DNA of 64,000 nucleotides from contig CAWGAA010000003.1 of assembly GCA_963820525.1 (NCBI GenBank), positions 672,001 to 736,000 of the forward strand. The letters are read 5' to 3'. The notes beneath the pieces were generated by a model, which was not told the DNA's origin, did not search any database, and worked only from the letters and a program-made list of their open reading frames with translations. A program made the position numbers and the translations under genes. Origin of the DNA: an uncultured Spirochaetota bacterium. GTDB lineage: Bacteria > Spirochaetota > Spirochaetia > SZUA-6 > Fen-1364. The number at the start of each line of letters is the position of its first letter. Position 1 is the first letter of the stretch. Shown here one piece after another: positions 26,019 through 35,563 of the stretch.

Positions 26019-29000
26019 ATGACACTGCGCGAAAAACTCGGCTACCGGCCCATGGAGCTCGCCTTCGGGACGAGCGGCCTGCGCGGCCTCGTGCGTGACA
26101 TCACGAACCTCGAAGCGTATATCGGGACGCGGGGGTTTCTCGCCCACCTTCTGGATTCCTCACAGGTGAGGCCCGGAGACACAGTGTACATCGCCGGAGA
26201 TCTTCGCCCAAGCACGGACTGCCTCGTGAGCGGCGAAGAGGGAAGAGGCGAGATCGCTCAAGCAGCGGCCAAGGCGGTGGAGGCCGCCGGACTTCGCGTC
26301 GGCTACGTGGGCAAGATCCCCACTCCGGCCTTGATGCTCTACGCCATGCGCCGCTCTTCGTCAAGCATCATGGTGACGGGGAGTCACATCCCCTTTGACA
26401 GGAACGGCATCAAGTTCAACAAGCCCTCCGGGGAGATCCTCAAATCCGACGAGGCTCACATCCTCGCGGCCATGAAGAGGATCAGGGCCGCGGAGTACGG
26501 CAGGCCGGCGGAAAAAAGCTTCTTCGACTCGAGCGGGATGCTCAAGCCTGCCCACAGGAAGCCCCTCCCCCCCATCGACGAGCGGGCCCGAAAAGAGTAT
26601 ACGGAGCGCTACGTCGCCGCGTTCCCCAAGGGAGCACTGGCCGGATGCCGGATCCTTGTCTGGCAGCATTCCGCCGTCGGACGCGACATCCTCACGGAAA
26701 TTCTACATAAGTTGGGGGCCGATGCGGTTCCCGTGGGAAGGAGCGACGTGTTCGTGCCCGTGGACACGGAAGCCGTCGGCAGGGAAACCCTCGAGCTGAT
26801 CCAGGGCCTGGTTGATGCCAATGACGGAGCCTCCATCGGCGCGGCGGTTTCCACCGATGGAGACGGCGACAGGCCCCTCGTCCTCGGCGTGGAGCGGGGC
26901 AGGGTCCGCTTCTTTCCCGGCGACCTCCTGGGCCTGGCTGCCGCGGATTTCCTGGGCGCCAGAAGGATAGCCGTTCCCATAAGCGTTAATGACGCGGTGG
27001 ACATCGCCTTCTCCGCAAAAGGAGTCGTACCGGTAAAAACCCGTATCGGCTCACCCTATGTCGTGGCTGCCATGGAGGAAGTGGGGTGGGAAGCCAACGG
27101 GGGATTTCTCACCGCCGCCCCCATCGCCGTGCCCGGCGGAGGGACCCTGGAACCGCTCCCCACCCGCGACGCGGTGCTTCCCATCCTTTCGGTTCTTTCT
27201 GCGTCGCTGGGGCGCGGCAAGAGCCTGGCCGCCCTCTTCGATCTGCTGCCCCCGCGTTTCGGACGGTCAGCCCTGCTCAGGGAGTTTCCCCGCGAGAAAT
27301 CCCTCGCCATTGTCGAGCTGCTCTCCCCTCGCCGCCTGAGCCTGACCGAGGCGAGATTTTCCAAGGGGAGCGTCTCGGCGCTGAAAACAGGCACAGGCTG
27401 CGAAGAGCTTGCCGCGGGCAGCCCGGCCGCCGCGGAGCTGGCCGCGCTTCGGACCTTCATCGGGAAGTATTTCACCCCGGGGGATGGCTTTGGCGAGGTC
27501 TCATGGATCAATTGGCTTGACGGGGTGCGGATCGGGTTTGCCAACGGGGACGTGGCCCATATCCGCCCCTCGGGCAACGCACCGGAGCTCAGGCTCTACG
27601 CCAACGCGGACAGCCAGGAGCGCGCGGACCTCATAGCCTCCCTGGGCACGCGGGAGGGCGGAATCCTCAGGCGGCTGGAGGCGCACGCTGAAGAGCAGTG
27701 GGCAATAGCGGCGTTCAGGGCCCGCCCCGCCGCCGTGCATCTTCAGGGCGCCATCCAGAGCTACTCCTGGGGCGGATCCCGGTTTATCCCCGAGCTGACA
27801 GGCATGGACAACAGCGAAGGCCGCCCCTTCGCCGAGCTGTGGATCGGTGCGCATCCTCGCGCCCCTGCCCTCGCCCGGCTGCCGGTTCCGCAAGCAGGGC
27901 GGCCGGGAGAACATGCAGGCGTCATGCCAGTGGCGCTGGATCGGCTCATAGCGGAGGCTGGGGAGGCCGTTCTCGGTGCCGCCGTTTCGCGCGGCTTCGG
28001 CGGGAAGCTTCCGTACCTCCTGAAGGTGCTGGACGCCCGCTCCATGCTCTCCATTCAGGCGCATCCCTCAAAGGCCCAGGCCGAGGCCGGCTTTGCCCGC
28101 GAGACTGCGGCAGGCATCCCCATCACCGCCGCCAACAGGACGTACGCGGACGAGAATCACAAGCCCGAGGTCCACGTCGCCCTCACCGACTTCTGGATGC
28201 TTCACGGCTTCCGGCGGCTGGAGCAGATCGCATCGATCCTGCGGTCAAAGGGCGGCAGAGCCGCGCTCCGAGCGCCGGAAATCGCAAAGGCCATGCCGGA
28301 TTTCGGAGCTCGCCTGAAAGACGCGGGACCGGATGAGCGGGCCAGGCGCGCGCTCCTTCGAGAGCTGTATGAGAGACTCATGACCATGCCGCAGGAGGAG
28401 GTGGACCGCGTCCTGAAGCCGCTTGTCGAAAGACTCCGAAGGGCCCAGCCTTCGGACAAGGATTCTCCCGACTATTGGGCGCTGGAAGCGGCCCGCTCTT
28501 TCACGCGCGACGGACATCTGGACCGCGGCGTCTTCTCCATCTATCTTCTCAACCTGGTCCGTTTGCGGCCCGGCCAGGGCACCTACCAGCCCTCCGGGAC
28601 GCTCCACGCATACCTGGAAGGGGCGAATGTCGAGCTCATGGCAAACTCCGACAATGTGCTTCGCGGAGGGCTCACGACAAAGCATGTAGACACGGCAGAG
28701 CTTCTGGCCATCCTCACCTTCGAAAGCGGCGCGCCTCCCGTTCTGGAAGGGCAGGAAATCTCTGAAACCGAGAGGGTTTACACTGCCCCGGCCCGAGAGT
28801 TTCTCCTGTCGCGCATTGAAGCTGCCCCTCATATCCCGCACAGGGCACGCGGGTCTCACGGACCGGACTGTCTCATCGTGATGGAGGGCGAGGCGGAGCT
28901 GAAGGCCGCCGGCGATCTGCTCCCTCTCAAGCGGGGAGGGATCGCACTTGTTCCCGCCGGGCTCCCCTACACCATCGAGTCACGCGCGGGCACGGCCGTC

Positions 29001-29039
29001 GTCTTCAAGGCAGGAGTGCCCGCGGCGGTCGGGAAATAG
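26019..29039 (+). CDS. Fused phosphomannomutase + class I mannose-6-phosphate isomerase
   Basis: PMM: FGTSGLRG, TGSHIP, DGDGDR, WEANGG, RPSGNAPE; PMI: YSWG, AELWIGAHP, LSIQAHP, DENHKPE, HAYLEG, MANSDNVLRGGLT. Confidence 0.9.
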   Translation: MTLREKLGYRPMELAFGTSGLRGLVRDITNLEAYIGTRGFLAHLLDSSQVRPGDTVYIAGDLRPSTDCLVSGEEGRGEIAQAAAKAVEAAGLRVGYVGKIPTPALMLYAMRRSSSSIMVTGSHIPFDRNGIKFNKPSGEILKSDEAHILAAMKRIRAAEYGRPAEKSFFDSSGMLKPAHRKPLPPIDERARKEYTERYVAAFPKGALAGCRILVWQHSAVGRDILTEILHKLGADAVPVGRSDVFVPVDTEAVGRETLELIQGLVDANDGASIGAAVSTDGDGDRPLVLGVERGRVRFFPGDLLGLAAADFLGARRIAVPISVNDAVDIAFSAKGVVPVKTRIGSPYVVAAMEEVGWEANGGFLTAAPIAVPGGGTLEPLPTRDAVLPILSVLSASLGRGKSLAALFDLLPPRFGRSALLREFPREKSLAIVELLSPRRLSLTEARFSKGSVSALKTGTGCEELAAGSPAAAELAALRTFIGKYFTPGDGFGEVSWINWLDGVRIGFANGDVAHIRPSGNAPELRLYANADSQERADLIASLGTREGGILRRLEAHAEEQWAIAAFRARPAAVHLQGAIQSYSWGGSRFIPELTGMDNSEGRPFAELWIGAHPRAPALARLPVPQAGRPGEHAGVMPVALDRLIAEAGEAVLGAAVSRGFGGKLPYLLKVLDARSMLSIQAHPSKAQAEAGFARETAAGIPITAANRTYADENHKPEVHVALTDFWMLHGFRRLEQIASILRSKGGRAALRAPEIAKAMPDFGARLKDAGPDERARRALLRELYERLMTMPQEEVDRVLKPLVERLRRAQPSDKDSPDYWALEAARSFTRDGHLDRGVFSIYLLNLVRLRPGQGTYQPSGTLHAYLEGANVELMANSDNVLRGGLTTKHVDTAELLAILTFESGAPPVLEGQEISETERVYTAPAREFLLSRIEAAPHIPHRARGSHGPDCLIVMEGEAELKAAGDLLPLKRGGIALVPAGLPYTIESRAGTAVVFKAGVPAAVGK

Positions 29040-29133
29040 GGCGGGCGGAAAATAGATGTGGGCGGCAATTCAGGCGGGCGGCAGATGAGCCGGCAGCTTG
29101 CGCCGGCGCGTCCGCTCTCGGGGCCGCGCTCAA

Positions 29134-29769
29134 TCACTTCTTTGCGCAGACCGCAACCCCGTCGCGAACGGGCAGAATGACGGAAACCAGGTCGGTTCGG
29201 CCGAAGATCAGCTCATTGAATTTCTTCACCCCCGCCGTCATCGGATCCGCTTTCGAGCCGCCTTCCGCAACGCGCCCGTCCCACAATGCGTTGTCCGTGA
29301 TGAAAAGTCCTCCCGTTCGAAGCAGTCTCAGCGCCGTCTCGATGCTCCGGGGGTAGGCGTCCTTGTCGATATCGTTGAACACGATATCGAAGGGCCCCTT
29401 CAAGCTCTCGGCCTCTTTCAGCGCGTCTCCCACGTGGAATACGATGCGCTCGGCGCGTCCCGCCTTCCTGAAAAAACCCATGGCGAGGTCCCGGTTCTCG
29501 GCTGATGCGTCCGTGCAGTGGATCACTCCTCCGGGCTGGAGCCCGCGCGCGAACCACCACGCGGAGTAGCCGAATCCGGAACCCAGCTCCAGGATGCGGC
29601 GGGCGGAAGAGAAACGGGCGAGGATCTCCAGGAGCCTGCCGACCTGCTGTCCGATAATGGGAAACTGCCTCGCCTTTGCGTGCTTTTCCATCTCCTCGAG
29701 CACGGGATCGGAAACGACGCCGAGGGAGGAAATGTAGGTTTCGATCTCGGGGGTGACAATAGCGCCCAT
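29134..29769 (-). CDS. SAM-dependent O-methyltransferase (CCoAOMT/Methyltransf_3-like)
   Basis: FPII, ILELGSGFGYSA, GDA, FD.VFNDIDKDAYP, DNALW.G, P..DG. Confidence 0.88.
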   Translation of the reverse strand: MGAIVTPEIETYISSLGVVSDPVLEEMEKHAKARQFPIIGQQVGRLLEILARFSSARRILELGSGFGYSAWWFARGLQPGGVIHCTDASAENRDLAMGFFRKAGRAERIVFHVGDALKEAESLKGPFDIVFNDIDKDAYPRSIETALRLLRTGGLFITDNALWDGRVAEGGSKADPMTAGVKKFNELIFGRTDLVSVILPVRDGVAVCAKK

Positions 29770-29825
29770 ACTGTTCTCCTGTAAGGAGGATACATGCGCG
29801 GACGGCCGTGGGGCAAACGCCGGCC

Positions 29826-30920
29826 CTACAGGTACTTCCCGCCGAAGCGCTCCGCGATGAGGGCGTGCAGCTTCTTGATGTCCTCAGCGCTGTCCTTGCG
29901 GCAAACGAGGGTCGCATCTGGGGTGTGAACGATGATCATGTCCTGGCAGCCGATTGCGGCCAGGAGGTGGTGGGGATCGCTTGAAGCCACGAGCGTCCCA
30001 TTCGTGTCGAGGAGCGCGCTTGTTTCCGCGGAAACCGCGTTTCCCCGCGCATCGGCGGCGATGGTCCCGGCAAAGGCCGGCCATGAGCCGATGTCCAGCC
30101 ATGAGAGCTGCATGGGGACGGCGGCCACCTTCACCAGGGGATCTCGCGATGCGGGCTCCATCACGGCGTAATCTACGCTGATCTTTTTCAGCGTAGGGTA
30201 GACCTCGGCGATGAGGGAGGAAAGCCGGGGCGTTCCCCATGCATCCGCGAGGCGGGAGAGTCCGGGGAAAACATCGGGCTGATAACGGCGCAGGCAGTCG
30301 AGGAAGGTGGATGCCTTCCAGACGAACATCCCCGAGTTCCAGAGGTAACGGCGGGGGCCTTCGGCGACATAACGTTGGGCGGTTTGAAGGTCGGGCTTCT
30401 CCTCGAACTGGGAAACGATCAGGGAGCCGTGGAGAAACCCGTCGCCAAGCTTCAGGTAGCCATAGCCTGTTGAGGGGTGCGTGGGTGCGATCCCGAAAGT
30501 GACTAGGGTTTCCGGGCTTTCCTCCGCGACGCGAAATCCCTCGGCGACGATGCGGCGGAAACGGTCCTCGGGCTCGATGAGGTGATCCGCCGTGAACACG
30601 CCGATGACGGCATCGGGGTCGATCCTCGAAATGACGGCCGCGCTGTAGCCGAGCGCGGCCAGCGTATCGCGGCCGACGGGCTCCGCGATGTAGCGCTCCG
30701 CCGCGAGCTGGGGGAGCTCGCCCAGAATTGCGCCGCGGAGAGCCTCCCCCGCGCACACGTGCCGCCGCTCCACCTCCACGAGCCCTTCCAGCCTGGCGTA
30801 GGAATGCGACAGGAGGCTGCGGCCGCGGATGAAGGGGATGAGCTGCTTGGGAAGCTCGTTCCTGCTCATCGGCCACAGCCGCGTGCCGGCGCCTCCCGCG
30901 ATGATCACGGCGTGCCTCAT
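29826..30920 (-). CDS. manC: Mannose-1-phosphate guanylyltransferase (monofunctional)
   Basis: AGGAGTRLWPMSR..PKQ, EPVGRDT, ADH, TGYGY, F.EKP, WNSGMF, SVDYAVME, W.DIGSW; no C-terminal cupin PMI domain. Confidence 0.92.
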   Translation of the reverse strand: MRHAVIIAGGAGTRLWPMSRNELPKQLIPFIRGRSLLSHSYARLEGLVEVERRHVCAGEALRGAILGELPQLAAERYIAEPVGRDTLAALGYSAAVISRIDPDAVIGVFTADHLIEPEDRFRRIVAEGFRVAEESPETLVTFGIAPTHPSTGYGYLKLGDGFLHGSLIVSQFEEKPDLQTAQRYVAEGPRRYLWNSGMFVWKASTFLDCLRRYQPDVFPGLSRLADAWGTPRLSSLIAEVYPTLKKISVDYAVMEPASRDPLVKVAAVPMQLSWLDIGSWPAFAGTIAADARGNAVSAETSALLDTNGTLVASSDPHHLLAAIGCQDMIIVHTPDATLVCRKDSAEDIKKLHALIAERFGGKYL

Positions 30921-31160
30921 GAGCCGGCCTCGCCGCGGCGGCGGTCTCGCCTGCGCGCTGGACTGGAAAAAACCTCAAGCCCCGGGTTGCGCATGACTCC
31001 GAATGTAGGATCGGGGAAGACGGCTGTCAAGCGAAAGGATGGCGTTCGGCGCTCACGAGCGCTCCGGGCCATGCCATGGAGGGCTGAGGCCGGCGCGCGG
31101 CATGGATGCCGCGAAGCGACGGCCCTTGCCACATGCCGCGGCCCTGACTTATGCTTGGCC

Positions 31161-32006
31161 ATGCAGGAGAGCGACTACCTGCCTCTGATCGAGCTTGCAC
31201 TGCGGGAAGATCTCGGGGAACTGGGCGATATCACATCTGAAGCCGCAGTTCCCGCCGAGACGGCAGCGGCGATTCTCTGGAGCAAGGACGACGGGGTCCT
31301 TGCGGGCCAGGAGGTCTTTGCCGCGGTCTTTCGCGAGGTGGATGCCTCGGTGGATGTCTCCTTCAATGCGCGTGACGGCGAGCGGCTCCGCACGGGCGAG
31401 AAGGTGGCGCGCATTCATGGCCCTATCAAGTCCCTCCTCACGGCCGAGAGGACGGCACTGAACTTCCTCTCCTTCCTCTCCGGGATTGCCACCGCCACGA
31501 GCCGCCTCGTCTCCCGCGCGGCCGTTACGGGACACGCCTCGATCCTCGACACCCGGAAGACCCTCCCCGGCTATCGCGCCCTCTCCAAGTACGCCGTGGC
31601 CATGGGCGGCGGGAGAAACCACAGGATGGGCCTGTACGACATGATCCTGATCAAGGACAATCACATCGACAGCGCCGGCTCGATATCCGCGGCGGTCCGG
31701 CGGGCGAGGCAGGCGTGGGGAACGCGGTTCTCCGTCGAAGTGGAGTGCAGGACCCAGGCCGAGGTGTCGGAAGCGCTCTCCTGCGGAGTCGACATGGTGA
31801 TGCTGGATAATATGAGCCTGGAGGAGATGCGCCAGGCGACGGCTCTGGTGGGCGGGAGGGCAAAAGTGGAAGCTTCCGGCAACATGACGGAAGAGAAGGT
31901 CGCGGAAGTGAGCGCTACAGGCGTGGACTTCATCTCGGTGGGAATGCTGACCCATTCCGCTCGCGCCTTCGATTTCTCCCTGAAGATCGGGCGGGAGGAG
32001 GTGTGA
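31161..32006 (+). CDS. nadC: Nicotinate-nucleotide pyrophosphorylase (carboxylating)
   Basis: EDLG..GDITS, ERTALNFL, DTRKTLPG, NHRMGLYD, KDNH, EVE, MLDNM, EASG; true start ATG 31161. Confidence 0.96.
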   Translation: MQESDYLPLIELALREDLGELGDITSEAAVPAETAAAILWSKDDGVLAGQEVFAAVFREVDASVDVSFNARDGERLRTGEKVARIHGPIKSLLTAERTALNFLSFLSGIATATSRLVSRAAVTGHASILDTRKTLPGYRALSKYAVAMGGGRNHRMGLYDMILIKDNHIDSAGSISAAVRRARQAWGTRFSVEVECRTQAEVSEALSCGVDMVMLDNMSLEEMRQATALVGGRAKVEASGNMTEEKVAEVSATGVDFISVGMLTHSARAFDFSLKIGREEV

Positions 32007-33566
32007 GGGAGTTCGACCTCATCGTCATCGGGTCCGGCGTCGCCGGCCTGACCTGCGCCCTGGCGGCGGCGGAGGAGGGCAGGAACGTCGCCCTGCTCTC
32101 CAAGGAGCCGTCCCTGAGAGAGTGCAACACCTGGTACGCGCAGGGCGGCATCGTGGCCTCCGGCGCGGGGGACTCTCCGCAGCTTCTTGCGCGCGATATA
32201 ACCGAGGCGGGAGATTCCATGAGCTTCAGCGAGGCCGTCGAGCTTCTTGCCGCCGAAGGCCCGCCCTTCGTGGAAGAGTTCCTGGTCAAAAGGCTCGCGG
32301 TCCCCTTTTCGCGCTCCGCCGACGGCACAATCGCCTTGACCCGGGAAGCGGCCCATTCGGTCCGCAGGATCCTCTTTGCCCAGGACGTGACGGGCCAGGC
32401 AGTGGAGACCTCGCTTCTCGCCGCCGTCCAGGGCCGGCCGGGGATCTCCGTTTTCCCCTCTCACGCCGCCATCGATCTCATCACCAACACCCACAACTCC
32501 ACCGATTCCCAGGAACGCTATCGGGAGACGCGCGTCCTGGGCGCGTACGTATGGGACGAGGCCGCCGCCCGCGTGGAGATCTTCTTCGCACCCGCCGTCG
32601 TGCTGGCCACGGGAGGGGTCGGCAATCTCTTCCTCCACACGTCGAATCCTCCCGGCGCCACGGGGGACGGCATCGCCATGGCTCGGAGGATCGGCGTCGA
32701 GGTTCTGAACGCGGAGTACGTCCAGTTCCATCCCACGATCCTTTTTCACCGCGACATCAAGCGCTTCCTGATCTCCGAAACGCTGCGGGGCGAGGGGGCC
32801 CGCCTTCGAAACCACCGGGGCGAGTATTTCATGACGCGCTATGATCCCGGGCTCGCCGACCTGGCCCCCCGGGACGAGGTATCGCGCGCAATGTACCGGG
32901 AGATGGAAGAAGAAGGTTCCGAGTACCTGCTGCTCGATGCCACCCGCATCAGCGGATTCCCGCTGGAGGAGCGCTTCCCCGGGATCTTCACCACCTGCAT
33001 GAAGGCGGGAATCGATATCGGCAGGGAGCCGATCCCCGTCGTTCCCGCCGCCCACTACTTCTGCGGCGGGGTGAAGGTGGACCTGTGCGGAAGGAGCTCG
33101 GTGCCGGGGCTGTTCGCCGTGGGAGAAGCGGCCTGCACGGGCGTTCACGGGGCGAACCGTCTCGCTTCCGTTTCGCTTCTGGAGGGTCTATTCTTCGGCT
33201 GGCGGGCGGGCAAGGAGGCGGCGGGGAGCCTTCGCCCCATTGCCCGTGCAGATGAAGGAAGGAATCCCCGAGTGGGTGTCCCCGTCCCCCGAGGAGGAGT
33301 TCGACCCCGTTTTGATCCAGCAGGACATGCTCACCATCCAGTCCACGATGTGGAACTATGCCGGGGTGATCAGAACCAGGAAGAGGCTCCTTCGCGCCAT
33401 GGCGGACCTGAACTACCTCAGGCACAGGATCGAGCAGTTCTATCGCCAGGCTCAGATCTCCCGCCCGATTATCGAACTGCGCAATGCCCTCGTCGCGGCC
33501 ACGATAATCGTCTCCGCCGCCTACTCCAACAAATCGTCGCGGGGCTGCCACTACGTGGAGCCGTGA
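32003..33566 (+). CDS. nadB: L-aspartate oxidase, frameshifted at ~33236-33250
   Basis: GSGVAGL, AQGGI, REAAHS, LATGG, QFHPT, LISE.LRGEG, LAPRD, PAAHY.CGG, GVHGANRLASVSLLEG; C-terminal helical domain (MWNYAGVIR, ELRN, SRGCHY) is in ORF 33240..33566. Confidence 0.92.
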
Positions 33567-33580
33567 GAAAGGAAGAAGAG

Positions 33581-34963
33581 ATGAGCAGCACGCACGTTCT
33601 GCGCCGCTCCCTCCTTTTATGCGCCTCGGTGGCGCTTCTCTCATCATGCGCCGGCCTGCGTTTCCGCTATGCCGCTGACCGTGAGCTGGCCGCGCTTCTG
33701 GCGGAGCCCAAGCCCTCGTACCCCGAGGCGCGCTTCGCCGTCCTGAGCGATCCCCACCTCTATGACAGGATCCTGGGAATCGAGGGCCCCGATTTCAGCG
33801 CGTACATGGAAGAGGACAGAAAGCTGCTCGCGGAGAGCGAAGAGATCCTGGCCACGGCGATCGGGATGGTGGAGAGCTGGGGCGTGAAGTTTCTCCTTAT
33901 CCCCGGAGACCTTACCAAGGACGGGGAGAAGCAGGACCACCTGCTCATGGCGAGGCACCTCGAGGAGCTTGCGGGCACGGGAGTGCGGATCTACGTCGTG
34001 CCGGGAAACCACGATATCGAAAACCCGCACGCCCATCGCTTCACGGCGCAGGGCTCCGAGAGGATTCCCGGTATCAGGCCGGAGGAGTTCGCCGAAATCT
34101 ACAAGGACTTCGGCTACGGCTCGGCTCTCTTCCGGGATCCGGCTTCCCTCTCCTACGTGGCGGAGCCGGTGCCGGGGCTCTGGCTCCTGGCCGTTTCCTC
34201 CGCGGACTACGCCGAGAACGAGAAGCTGGGAGCTCCCAGGACCAGCGGGAGGCTCTCACAGGCCACCGTCGACTGGATCGAGGACACACTCGGTGAGGCG
34301 CTCCGCCAGGGCAAGGCCGTGGTCGCAATGATGCATCATGGAATCCTGGAGCATTACAGAGGCCAGGAGAAGTACGCCGCGGAATACGTCATCCAGGATT
34401 ACAGGAACCTTTCCTCCCTGTTTGCGGCCTATGGGGTGCGCGTCGTTTTCACCGGGCATTACCACTCCCAGGATATCACCCTGGCCCGATGGGAAGGCGG
34501 CAGGTTTCTCTACGATATAGAAACGGGCTCGCTGGTCACCGCGCCCAATCCCGTCAGATCCGTGGAGATCCTCCCGTCAGGGCAAATGGTCGTGAAGTCT
34601 TTCCCCATCACGCAGATTCCCTCCTTCGCCCAGCAGGGAAAGGATTTTGCCGCTTATTCCGAAGAGTTCACCCACAGCGGCATCGCGGCGATAGCGACCA
34701 AGACGATGAAGGATCTGGGCGTTCCGCAGGAGGAGAGGGCGATCCTGGCGCCCGAGATCGCGGATGCGGTGGTGGCCCACTACAAGGGCGACGAGAAGTT
34801 CGCCGGCACGGAGATGATCAAGACCAAGGGCTTGAGCTTCATGGGAGGCCTCGTCGTAGGAAGCAGGAAGGATTTCATCACGGGGCTCTGGACCGATCTC
34901 GCACCGCCGGACAACGACATCACGGTGGACCTCGGCTCAGGTAAATGGAGCGCCGGGGAATAA
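33581..34963 (+). CDS. Calcineurin-like metallophosphoesterase lipoprotein
   Basis: Own ATG 33581 after AAGGAAG; lipobox LLSSC; SDPH, GDLT.DG, PGNHD, HH, TGHYH. Confidence 0.88.
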   Translation: MSSTHVLRRSLLLCASVALLSSCAGLRFRYAADRELAALLAEPKPSYPEARFAVLSDPHLYDRILGIEGPDFSAYMEEDRKLLAESEEILATAIGMVESWGVKFLLIPGDLTKDGEKQDHLLMARHLEELAGTGVRIYVVPGNHDIENPHAHRFTAQGSERIPGIRPEEFAEIYKDFGYGSALFRDPASLSYVAEPVPGLWLLAVSSADYAENEKLGAPRTSGRLSQATVDWIEDTLGEALRQGKAVVAMMHHGILEHYRGQEKYAAEYVIQDYRNLSSLFAAYGVRVVFTGHYHSQDITLARWEGGRFLYDIETGSLVTAPNPVRSVEILPSGQMVVKSFPITQIPSFAQQGKDFAAYSEEFTHSGIAAIATKTMKDLGVPQEERAILAPEIADAVVAHYKGDEKFAGTEMIKTKGLSFMGGLVVGSRKDFITGLWTDLAPPDNDITVDLGSGKWSAGE

Positions 34964-34982
34964 GAGGCTCCGTCTTCAGCCT

Positions 34983-35474
34983 TTAGTAGCCGACCCGTCC
35001 CGCGGCCTCGATTTCAGCGAGGGCTTCCTTTGCCTTGGGGACGGTTTCCTCCGGCTTCACCTTGTACCATGCCCGCAGGATCTTTCCCTCCTCGTCGATC
35101 AGGAAGGAGGAGCGGGTGATGCCGTGAAACAGCTTGCCGTACATCGACTTGTCGCCCCACACCCCGTACGCCTCGGCCACGGTGTGCTCCGTGTCGGCCA
35201 GGAGGGGGAAGCCGAGCGAGTATTTGAGGTCGAACTTCTTCTGATCTTCCGGGGGATCGGGGCTTATGCCGACCACTTCCATGGACAGCTTCTTGAGGTC
35301 CTGCCGCGCATCACGCACGCTGCATGACTGGGTGGTGCAGCCCGGTGTGTCCGCCTTGGGATAGAAGTACACCAGGAGCTTGCGCCCCCGATAATCTGAG
35401 AGTTTCACAGTCTTGCCGTCTTGATCCTTGAGAGCGAACTCCGGGGCTTTCTGTCCCTTCTCGAGCGTTGCCAT
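34983..35474 (-). CDS. bcp: Bacterioferritin comigratory protein / peroxiredoxin Q
   Basis: YFYPKADTPGCTTQSC, GISPD, LLAD, RSSFLID. Confidence 0.93.
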   Translation of the reverse strand: MATLEKGQKAPEFALKDQDGKTVKLSDYRGRKLLVYFYPKADTPGCTTQSCSVRDARQDLKKLSMEVVGISPDPPEDQKKFDLKYSLGFPLLADTEHTVAEAYGVWGDKSMYGKLFHGITRSSFLIDEEGKILRAWYKVKPEETVPKAKEALAEIEAAGRVGY

Positions 35475-35563
35475 CAAAGCCTCCTTGAGAAGAAGGTACG
35501 GAAGGGGTCTGCGGTAGTCAACAAAGCTTGCGCTCCCCGAGGGGCGCGGTCTACACTCGATCG

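Noticed and set aside
29041..29110. GGCGGGCGG short repeats between convergent genes
   Set aside because: Short GC-rich matches expected by chance; no regular period
30582..31160. N-terminal extension of nadC in the 474-aa ORF
   Set aside because: It overlaps manC antisense; NadC homology and a promoter point to ATG 31161
32003..34963. 986-aa apparent NadB-metallophosphoesterase fusion
   Set aside because: The NadB C-terminal domain lies in another frame (33240..33566), and the phosphoesterase has its own ATG, SD and lipoprotein signal at 33581; the fusion results from a frameshift
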